Of a stretch of 34,926 bases of DNA, positions 17,467-24,795 are shown one piece after another. The stretch comes from Ignavibacteriota bacterium (GTDB lineage: Bacteria > Bacteroidota > Ignavibacteria > Palsa-1295). Position 1 is the stretch's first letter, and the number at the start of each line of letters is the position of its first letter. The notes beneath the pieces were generated by a model. The model was not told the origin of the DNA and searched no databases. It saw only the letters and a program-made list of their open reading frames with translations. The DNA lies in NCBI GenBank assembly GCA_025357895.1, contig JANYLL010000296.1, positions 1-34,926 on the forward strand, given 5' to 3'. The position numbers and the translations under genes were made by a program.

Positions 17467-18460
17467 CGGCATTATCTTAGGTATCGAAAGCTCCTGCGAC
17501 GAAACAAGCGCAGCGATATTGTGCGGCCATGAACTAAAATCTGTTGTAATTTCATCTCAGCTATTTCATACAAGTTTTGGCGGTGTTGTGCCCGAACTTG
17601 CATCTCGTGCTCATATTCGTTCGATCATTCCAATAGTTGAAGAAGCATTTTCAAAAACTCAACTTCAGGCAAAAGATATTACGGCCATTGCAGTAACAAA
17701 TGCTCCAGGCTTGATGGGCGCATTGCTTGTCGGCTTAAATTTTGCAAAAGGTCTGGCTCTTTCTCTTGATGTGCCGCTTATTGGAGTCCATCATATCGAA
17801 GCACATATTTTTTCTGCCTTGCTTGAAGAAGAAAAACCCGAATTACCTTTTCTTGCTCTCGTTGTTTCAGGTGGTCATACGTTGCTTGTGCTTGTCGAAG
17901 ATATTGGCAAGTATAGCGTGATCGGCAAAACATTAGATGACGCCGCAGGCGAAGCATTTGATAAAGTTGGTAAGATGCTTGGTATGGGTTATCCTGCTGG
18001 ACCTATTATAGATAAAACTGCAAAAAGTGGCAATCCGAGATTCGTAAAATTTCCGCGCTCGATGATGGGTGAAGATAATTTTAATTTCAGCTTCAGCGGA
18101 ATAAAAACTTCCGTGCTATATTATCTTCGTGATAATCCGAATATTCTAACCGAACATTTATCGGACATTGCAGCATCTTTTCAACAAGCAGTAGTAGATG
18201 TTCTTGTCGAAAAAACTATTCTTGCTGCACGAAAATATAATATTCGTGATATCGTCTGTGTCGGCGGAGTAAATGCTAATAATTTATTACGCGAGCAATT
18301 TAAAAGTGTTTGCGAAATGCAAAAGAAAAATTTTTTCTCGCCGCGTCCAATGCTCTCGACAGATAATGCTGCGATGATCGCAATGCTTGGCGCATTAAAA
18401 CTGGATCGAGGAATTTCAAGCGATCTTTCATTAACTGCTATGGCACGAGTTTCATTATAA
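17435..18460 (+). CDS. tsaD: tRNA N6-adenosine threonylcarbamoyltransferase
   Basis: LGIESSCDET, GGVVPELASRAH, HHIEAH, VSGGHT, DDAAGEAFDK, TDNAAMI; start uncertain (TTG 17435 or 17408, both inside uvrC). Confidence 0.96.
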   Translation: MEHEKISLPSNGIILGIESSCDETSAAILCGHELKSVVISSQLFHTSFGGVVPELASRAHIRSIIPIVEEAFSKTQLQAKDITAIAVTNAPGLMGALLVGLNFAKGLALSLDVPLIGVHHIEAHIFSALLEEEKPELPFLALVVSGGHTLLVLVEDIGKYSVIGKTLDDAAGEAFDKVGKMLGMGYPAGPIIDKTAKSGNPRFVKFPRSMMGEDNFNFSFSGIKTSVLYYLRDNPNILTEHLSDIAASFQQAVVDVLVEKTILAARKYNIRDIVCVGGVNANNLLREQFKSVCEMQKKNFFSPRPMLSTDNAAMIAMLGALKLDRGISSDLSLTAMARVSL

Positions 18461-19735
18461 ATGCAAAAATCAAGTCTTATCGGACATACAATCGAAGCGT
18501 ATTCGGAATTTGCGAATAACTCAGCAATTCCAGCCGATGCTGTTTTGCGCAGATTTTTTCTGAATAGAAAATATCTTGGCTCAAAAGACAGACGAGTGAT
18601 AGCCACAACTTATTTCGGAGCGATAAAAAATTTCCTACGCTTGGAAGCGATAGGTCAAGATGCTTTTGCAACTGATGTCCATAGACCGGAGCTTATCATC
18701 GCAGCATATGTTATTCTCTTTGAAAATGAAAAGCCGGAGGAGATGCGACTCATCTTGACTGAACTTTCAAACGAATTCAATAATGATTATCCTCGTCAGG
18801 CATTTGAAGCAATGGCTGATCGGAGTCGCGAAGAATTTAGACTTCAAACATTGCCAATCGAAGATCGTCTTTCTATTCTACATTCTTTTCCATTATGGTT
18901 TGTAAAAGAAATTTCGAAAGAATATGAAGCAGATTTAGTTGAGCCGATATTAAAATCATTAAATGCCGAAGCTCCTATAGTCCTGCGTGTAAATACTGCA
19001 ATGATTACTCGTGATGATCTGCGAAATGAACTTGCCGAACAAGGGATAGAAACTGAACTATCAACTATTTCAGAAGATGCGTTGCTACTACATAAACGAA
19101 TTAATATCTGGGATCTTGCAGCTTTTAAGCGCGGAGCATTCGAAGTGCAGGATGAAGGCAGCCAACTTGTTGCGCCATTTGCCGATATTCATTCCAACCG
19201 AATTAAAATTCTCGATGCCTGTGCCGGAGCCGGCGGTAAGACACTGCATTTTTCTTCTCTCCTAAAAAATCAGGGGGAAATATTTGCCACCGATCCTGAT
19301 CGTAATAAATTAGAAGAATTAAAAAAACGAGTCGTTCGCAGTAATTCGCAAAATATTCGCATTGTGCATCCCGATAAGTACGATTCTCAAATCAGCAATA
19401 AATTGAATTGGTTCGATATTGTCCTCCTTGATGTTCCGTGTAGCGGAACAGGTACTTTGCGGCGCAACCCAAGTATTAAATGGAATCTCGCTGAAGAAAT
19501 GCTCACAGAGTTAATTCAAAAGCAAAGAAGGATCCTTGACGCAAATTCAAAATATATTAAACCCGGTGGGACGCTGCTCTATGCAACATGTTCACTTCTA
19601 AAAAATGAGGGCGAAGAACAGATCGAATGGTTTACGAAAGAGTATCCGGAATTTCACCTCGAAGAAACAAAACGACTCCATCCAGAATCAGACGGATGCG
19701 ATGGCTTCTTTGTAGCAAGGCTAAAAAGAAGCTGA
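18461..19735 (+). CDS. RsmB/NOP-family RNA m5C methyltransferase
   Basis: EVQDEGSQ, LDACAGAGGKT, DVPCSGTG, YATCS, DGFF. Confidence 0.93.
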   Translation: MQKSSLIGHTIEAYSEFANNSAIPADAVLRRFFLNRKYLGSKDRRVIATTYFGAIKNFLRLEAIGQDAFATDVHRPELIIAAYVILFENEKPEEMRLILTELSNEFNNDYPRQAFEAMADRSREEFRLQTLPIEDRLSILHSFPLWFVKEISKEYEADLVEPILKSLNAEAPIVLRVNTAMITRDDLRNELAEQGIETELSTISEDALLLHKRINIWDLAAFKRGAFEVQDEGSQLVAPFADIHSNRIKILDACAGAGGKTLHFSSLLKNQGEIFATDPDRNKLEELKKRVVRSNSQNIRIVHPDKYDSQISNKLNWFDIVLLDVPCSGTGTLRRNPSIKWNLAEEMLTELIQKQRRILDANSKYIKPGGTLLYATCSLLKNEGEEQIEWFTKEYPEFHLEETKRLHPESDGCDGFFVARLKRS

Positions 19736-19739
19736 GCAA

Positions 19740-20243
19740 CTAAAACGTAACTTCCACATTTCCTTCCGATATTCGAGTTGTATCAACTCCACTCCCCGAT
19801 ACGATCGGAAGTAGGGCGTTGAATTCAGCCTTAAGTTCTGTATCCAAGCCTAATCGAATCGTAAATGGACCGACGGATTTACCACCGGGCACAGCTGAGG
19901 AAGAGTAGATTCGGCCAACACCGGTATTTGGCCGGTACTCGAGTACCATTGTTGTTCCGGTTACAACGCTGCCGCTCTGAATCAAATCACCGATCGTGAA
20001 TATCCCTGCCTGCTTATAGAGATTAAATAACCGTATCGTCAGGTACAATCCGGATGGATCTCCTCCGTTAATCGTAATGATGCTTTGGCCGGCTGAGTCC
20101 GTTTTTTTTGTCGTCGGAGTCATCGAATATAAATCCCCATCCACTTTGAAGGTAAGAATATTATTAGCCGATGTTGCATCAGTTGCCTTATTGCATGAGG
20201 CGAATAAAACAAGGAAGAGCAATGGGGTAATTCTTCTTCTCAT
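19740..20243 (-). CDS. Hypothetical lipoprotein
   Basis: MRRRITPLLFLVLFASC lipobox, beta-rich mature region ending EVTF; start placed at ATG 20243. Confidence 0.75.
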   Translation of the reverse strand: MRRRITPLLFLVLFASCNKATDATSANNILTFKVDGDLYSMTPTTKKTDSAGQSIITINGGDPSGLYLTIRLFNLYKQAGIFTIGDLIQSGSVVTGTTMVLEYRPNTGVGRIYSSSAVPGGKSVGPFTIRLGLDTELKAEFNALLPIVSGSGVDTTRISEGNVEVTF

Positions 20244-20254
20244 CAAAGGTGCTC

Positions 20255-21205
20255 TTAGAGTGTTCTCCATCCCATCATCTTTTTCCAATGCTCCATCATC
20301 TCACGGTGTTCGGTCTCCGTATTTCCAAGCAAAGATTTCGGAAGATGTTCTGACCAGCCTTCCTCCAACTCTTCAAGATTTTTTCCGAAGAAGATCTTGA
20401 ACGTATCGGAAGTTACTTCGTCATCGTATTTGGAAAATTCCACAACTCGGTCATCGCTTGCTGTGTCGCCGAGATAAAGTAGGAAAGCTCCGGCAAGAAC
20501 GCGGCGTTCAAGTTCAGAAGCAAAGCGAAGCGAATGCCATGAATAGGCAAGTTTGGGAAGTACGGCACTTTCTTTAAGATAATGACCGATGATATCCGGT
20601 TCTACTCCGTAATACGGATAAATATGCTTTGAATGTCCATGCAGCCTTTCACTTAAAAAAGTTGCGAATGAATCTTCAAGCAATGCCCAGCCCCGTGTAA
20701 TGCCATAATGTTTTATGTATCGCGGAAAGCGCATTGCATGAGTGAGCATGGTGATAAGTTCAGTATCATTTGATTCATGTGCATTGCTGACAAGATAAAT
20801 CGCTCTTTCACCGGCGCTGAAATGCGTCGAAGTTTTTCTGCCCATCAGTGATGGCGAGCGAATATCGGTAATATAAATTGGGAAGCGCTCTACATGCCCT
20901 TCATGCGTCATCGAAAAAATACTGCGGTATGCTGTTTCCAGAACTTGTGCAAGCATTTCAATCTCGACGCTATGCAGACAGATCTTGTCATAAGAGATTT
21001 CAAAATGCGGCGTTGTATAATGAACCCATTGAACCCGTGCACGAAGTTCAGAATCGCTGATCTTCACGAGAGGTCGCTGAGTTATCGTATTCGGTATTAT
21101 CAGTGGTGTGCTGACTGACAGGGAGTGGTTACGTTCGTCTTCCATCGAAAGAGCTGGGATACTCTGAAACATTTGTTTCTTTTCAGAAATGGTAATTTCG
21201 CTCAT
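20255..21205 (-). CDS. Peptidase MA-like fold protein with degenerate zinc motif
   Basis: TPHFEISY; ITMLTH where HExxH is expected; WALLEDSFATFL; FFGKNLEELEEGW. Confidence 0.6.
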   Translation of the reverse strand: MSEITISEKKQMFQSIPALSMEDERNHSLSVSTPLIIPNTITQRPLVKISDSELRARVQWVHYTTPHFEISYDKICLHSVEIEMLAQVLETAYRSIFSMTHEGHVERFPIYITDIRSPSLMGRKTSTHFSAGERAIYLVSNAHESNDTELITMLTHAMRFPRYIKHYGITRGWALLEDSFATFLSERLHGHSKHIYPYYGVEPDIIGHYLKESAVLPKLAYSWHSLRFASELERRVLAGAFLLYLGDTASDDRVVEFSKYDDEVTSDTFKIFFGKNLEELEEGWSEHLPKSLLGNTETEHREMMEHWKKMMGWRTL

Positions 21206-21383
21206 ATAAAAAATGCCTCCGTCTGTGTTTTTGGTAAGAAGTAAATCAACTTAGGGAGTTGGAATATACGGACTTTTTTCGCTAAATCCAAATGTTTTCC
21301 ACAACATTTTTTTTATTTTTTGAAAGCCTTATAGACAGTGACAAAAATGGCGGGGAAATGTGGGAAATTATTTAAAAGATTCC

Positions 21384-21408
21384 AGTGGGATAGACTCTTA
21401 GTCCGTCC
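21384..21408 (+). repeat. REP-like palindrome (family B, copy 2)
   Basis: AGTGGGATAGACTCTTAGTCCGTCC. Confidence 0.75.
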
Positions 21409-21417
21409 GTCTCATAA

Positions 21418-21915
21418 TCATTTCACAAAATCAAATGCCCTCGCATGCCAAGAATCTTTTGCCATCAATTCCCATTTCCCCTCGCGAAATTCTTTTAATG
21501 AAGTAAGTGTGTTATCAAAAACTTTTGTCGCACTTGTTACAGACCCGCTCTTTGCGATCTCGGAAAAATCCTCTCGAAGAATTGAATGAATAGATCCGTT
21601 CTCCCTGTATTGCACGCGCGGCATTCCGAAAAATTCTACTCCGTATGTTTCAGAAAGCATCCTGACGCGGCGCATCATTTCATCGGTTGAGCAGCCCGAA
21701 GGAAAAGTAGATTCATCAGCAGCGACAAGCAGAAACTGGTTATGCATCATCATCGCACTTCCTGTCACCGAGGATTGATGCGCAAGCCATGAATTGCAAA
21801 ATGATTGCATCTCGCGAAGCAGCATCTCCGCTTCAGCGTCACTAAGTTTACGATCGGCAGCAAAGATCCAAAGCCGCGATGAATCGGGAAGCAAATCAAA
21901 TGGAATGTAGCTCAT
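21418..21915 (-). CDS. Conserved hypothetical protein of a type common in Bacteroidota
   Basis: SRLWIFAADRKL, WLAH, DE...SGCSTD, VFDN...SWH; function unknown. Confidence 0.8.
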   Translation of the reverse strand: MSYIPFDLLPDSSRLWIFAADRKLSDAEAEMLLREMQSFCNSWLAHQSSVTGSAMMMHNQFLLVAADESTFPSGCSTDEMMRRVRMLSETYGVEFFGMPRVQYRENGSIHSILREDFSEIAKSGSVTSATKVFDNTLTSLKEFREGKWELMAKDSWHARAFDFVK

Positions 21916-21933
21916 ATTTTTTTATATTTTCTT

Positions 21934-21957
21934 AGTGGGACGGACTTCAGTCCGTCC
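21934..21957 (+). repeat. REP-like palindrome (family B, copy 3)
   Basis: AGTGGGACGGACTTCAGTCCGTCC with perfect GGACGGACT/AGTCCGTCC stem. Confidence 0.8.
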
Positions 21958-22310
21958 AGTCTAACTTCTTTACAACATAAACCGAGCCTAATACTCTCCA
22001 TTTTAAGCTTTTAGCTTTCGCCGTACTCGGTGTGTGTGCACAACGATCTCCTTTATTTTCAATAACTTCCAAGGGCTTAATTCAGCACCCCTCAAAACCT
22101 TAGTCTTTTTTATAATCCCCAATTTTACATTTTTAATTTTCAATTTTTAATTATTCTTTTCTCTCCCTTTTATACGTCGGGGATTAAAGCCGCAACTGAC
22201 ATCCGGCAAGAAAAGAAGAATCGATTTTTTTTGATTTGGGTTATTTACTCTGGCAATTCAAGGACTGAATGCACTGAGGGTTTTACCGCGGGATGTTTCC
22301 GGCGGGAATG

Positions 22311-22341
22311 CAAAGATACGAAACTTTTAGGTGTTTGTCAA
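22311..22341 (-). promoter_or_regulatory. Near-consensus housekeeping promoter with no adjacent CDS
   Basis: Minus strand TTGACA-N17-TATCTT(TG): matches sigma70 -35/-10 and also the Bacteroidota TAnnTTTG element. Confidence 0.75.
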
Positions 22342-22521
22342 GGTGCCTATCTGAAAAAAAGTGAAAATAATTTTAAAATCGTTGAATACGAATCAAAATC
22401 GCCAAATATTTTTTTGACTAAAAAAAAGTTTACATAGGTGCCTATTGCAAAATCTTAGTCGGAAGTTTGGCGGGTCAGGTCGGGTGGGTTTCAGGTGGCA
22501 TGTAATTCTGTGCCCCCCAGA

Positions 22522-22544
22522 GGGACAGGAGTGTCCGTCCTACT
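22522..22544 (-). repeat. REP-like palindrome (family B, copy 4; degenerate, reverse orientation)
   Basis: Minus strand AGTAGGACGGACACTCCTGTCCC. Confidence 0.6.
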
Positions 22545-22602
22545 ATATTCCCCGATCTCCTGACTACTAACTACTTACTACTAACTTCCGTATCTTTGCA
22601 CT

Positions 22603-22701
22603 ATGAAAATGATCTACAAAATTCTTCTTACAGCCGCGCTCTTTGGTGTCATCTTTATTATGGAAAAGTTAGGGGCGGAGTCTATTGGAGTATTATACTG
22701 A
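22603..22701 (+). other. 32-codon hydrophobic ORF (small membrane peptide or 5' gene remnant)
   Basis: MKMIYKILLTAALFGVIFIMEKLGAESIGVLY*, ATG 4 nt after TATCTTTG (22591-22598). Confidence 0.5.
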
Positions 22702-22703
22702 TT

Positions 22704-22844
22704 CTACTTCGCCACGATCACCTGCACCGATTGCGAATACTCACCTGCCCGCAACTGGCAGAAATAAATCCCGCTTGGCATATCATGCGCATCCCAATTC
22801 ACTTCATGTGCGCCTTCCTGGATGACTTCCAAAACACGACTTAT
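22704..22844 (-). pseudogene. Orphan 3' fragment encoding a T9SS C-terminal sorting domain
   Basis: ISRVLEVIQEGAHEVNWDAHDMPSGIYFCQLRAGEYSQSVQVIVAK*, bounded upstream by an in-frame TGA at 22845-22847. Confidence 0.8.
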
Positions 22845-22962
22845 TCAGAATAAATGTCTAAAATAAAATAGTGGGCACTCTTACGTCCCAAAGCTGTTCT
22901 TTTGCCCACAATCATTTTTTTTGGTATATTGAAGTAGTTATTATGGGCACCATCTGTAACAA

Positions 22963-24795
22963 ATGAAAGAATTAAAACATACCGAAGCTATTCTAAAAGA
23001 GGGCTATATAGAGGATTATATTAGTGGAATTCCTGTTAAGGCCACACCTGAGGAAATAGATGCAGTACAAGTCTTTTCTCGACGATTAGTAGAGGATTAT
23101 GGGTATCCGAAAGAAATGATTCAAACACGACCACAATATCGTGTTAGAAAGCGGCCATCCGATGAAGAAAAGTCTTATCCAACTGACATTGCCGTTTTCA
23201 CTGGCAAGAAGAAAATTGAAGAAGAGATATTTTTGATTGTAGAATGCAAACAGAAAAATAAAAAGGATGGATTAGCCCAACTTCAACTCTATCTTGACAT
23301 GTCCGCTGCGATAGTAGGGGTCTGGTTTAATGGAGATAATCATGCATACATCCATAAAGTTTTTCATAAAGATGGATCACGAACTTATAAGCCACTACCA
23401 AATATACCTCGCTACAAACAGAGAATAGAGGATATTGGCCTTTATAAAAGAAAGGATCTTATCAAGCCCTCTAACCTAAAAGCCGTATTCCGGGACTTCC
23501 GAAATCATCTTGCAGGAATGACTACTGGAATCACCAGAGACGAGGCCTTAGCACAAGAAATTATTAATATTCTTTTCTGTAAAATACTTGATGAACAAGA
23601 GACAGAACCTGACCAAATGGTAAAATTTCGGGCAGGTACTGGTGAATCTCCTGAAGATGTTAAAAAAAGGATACTTTCTCTTTTTGAGCAAGTTAAAAAT
23701 GCAACCTATGAAGACGTTTTTGCTGCAAATGATTCTATAAAGCTTGATCCTGAGAGTCTACAGTATGTTGTAGGCGAACTACAGAACTATTGCGTTATGG
23801 AATCCGATAGGGATGCTATTGGAGATGCGTTTGAGATTTTTATAGGTCCAGCATTACGTGGGACGGAAGGTCAATTCTTTACACCGCGAAATGTCGTAAA
23901 AATGATGGTTGAAATTATTGACCCAAGACCTGGTGAAAAAATTATTGACCCCGCTTGTGGCTCGGGTGGTTTTTTAATAAACGCATTAGAGCATGTTTGG
24001 AAACAATTAAAAGAAGATGGAAAAAAGAAAGGGTGGTCTGAAAGACAACTCATTAAAAGAGAGGTTGAGGTAGCTACAGATTGCTTTAGAGGAATAGATA
24101 AAGATGCATTTCTTGCAAGAGTAACTAAAGCATATATGGCACTAATTGGCGATGGTAGAGGGGGTGTGTTCTGTGCAAATTCTCTTTCAATACCAGACGA
24201 TTGGCCATCTGCAGCAAAGGAAAAAATTCAATTGGGTAGCTTTGACGTAGTGTTAACAAATCCACCTTTTGGGAAGAAAATAGTAGTGAAAGGTGCACCA
24301 GTACTTTCTCAATATAATTTTGGTTATAAATGGAAAAAAAATAAAGAAACCAAACGACAAGAGAAAACAAGTACATTACATGAAGATCAACCACCTCAGA
24401 TTCTATTTCTCGAGCGTTGTCTTCAACTATTAAAAGTGGGTGGTAGGATGGGCATTGTACTTCCAGAAGCCATTTTTGGAATGCCAACTTACGAATACGT
24501 TGTGACATATCTAAGAGATCATACAAGAATCAAAGGTATAATTGCTATGCCAGAAGCGTTGTTCAAAACTAGTGGGAAAGGTGGAACACATGCAAAAGTC
24601 TGCGTTCTTATTTTGGAAAAGACAGAATCACATGATTCTGAAGAATGGGATATATTTATGGCAGATGTTAAATGGTGCGGACATGATTCTAGGGGTAATC
24701 CGACAATTAGGAAGGATGAGTTTGGAAAAGATGCTCTTCTTGATGAAGTACCTCTGATTGCGCCAAGATACAAAGAATTGATGGGAGTAATATAA
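22963..24795 (+). CDS. Fused restriction endonuclease / N6-adenine methyltransferase (type IIB-like RM subunit)
   Basis: N-terminal PTDIAVF...IVECK...QLQLY (PD-(D/E)xK plus QxxxY); GQFFTPR, IIDPACGSGGFL (motif I), TNPPF (motif IV), GRMGIVLP. Confidence 0.9.
   Translation: MKELKHTEAILKEGYIEDYISGIPVKATPEEIDAVQVFSRRLVEDYGYPKEMIQTRPQYRVRKRPSDEEKSYPTDIAVFTGKKKIEEEIFLIVECKQKNKKDGLAQLQLYLDMSAAIVGVWFNGDNHAYIHKVFHKDGSRTYKPLPNIPRYKQRIEDIGLYKRKDLIKPSNLKAVFRDFRNHLAGMTTGITRDEALAQEIINILFCKILDEQETEPDQMVKFRAGTGESPEDVKKRILSLFEQVKNATYEDVFAANDSIKLDPESLQYVVGELQNYCVMESDRDAIGDAFEIFIGPALRGTEGQFFTPRNVVKMMVEIIDPRPGEKIIDPACGSGGFLINALEHVWKQLKEDGKKKGWSERQLIKREVEVATDCFRGIDKDAFLARVTKAYMALIGDGRGGVFCANSLSIPDDWPSAAKEKIQLGSFDVVLTNPPFGKKIVVKGAPVLSQYNFGYKWKKNKETKRQEKTSTLHEDQPPQILFLERCLQLLKVGGRMGIVLPEAIFGMPTYEYVVTYLRDHTRIKGIIAMPEALFKTSGKGGTHAKVCVLILEKTESHDSEEWDIFMADVKWCGHDSRGNPTIRKDEFGKDALLDEVPLIAPRYKELMGVI

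Noticed and set aside
21295-21303. TTTTCCACA matching a relaxed DnaA box
   Set aside because: Single relaxed match with no cluster or origin context
21348-21367. GCGGGG/GTGGG repeats resembling an MraZ operator
   Set aside because: Only two loose units and no mraZ/dcw genes nearby
22002-22054. AAGGAG followed by GTG ORF MHTHRVRRKLKA on the minus strand
   Set aside because: Twelve codons overlapping a heptamer tract, and SD signals are rarely used in this window; chance is likely
22596-22853. 85-aa plus-strand ORF from the track
   Set aside because: Its TTG lies inside the promoter element, and the region is better explained by a 32-aa ORF in another frame plus a minus-strand T9SS tail
22871-22909. 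GTGGGCA...TGCCCAC inverted repeat upstream of the RM genes as a controller (C-box) site
   Set aside because: Only 7 bp with a 25-nt spacer and no controller gene; may be a decayed REP
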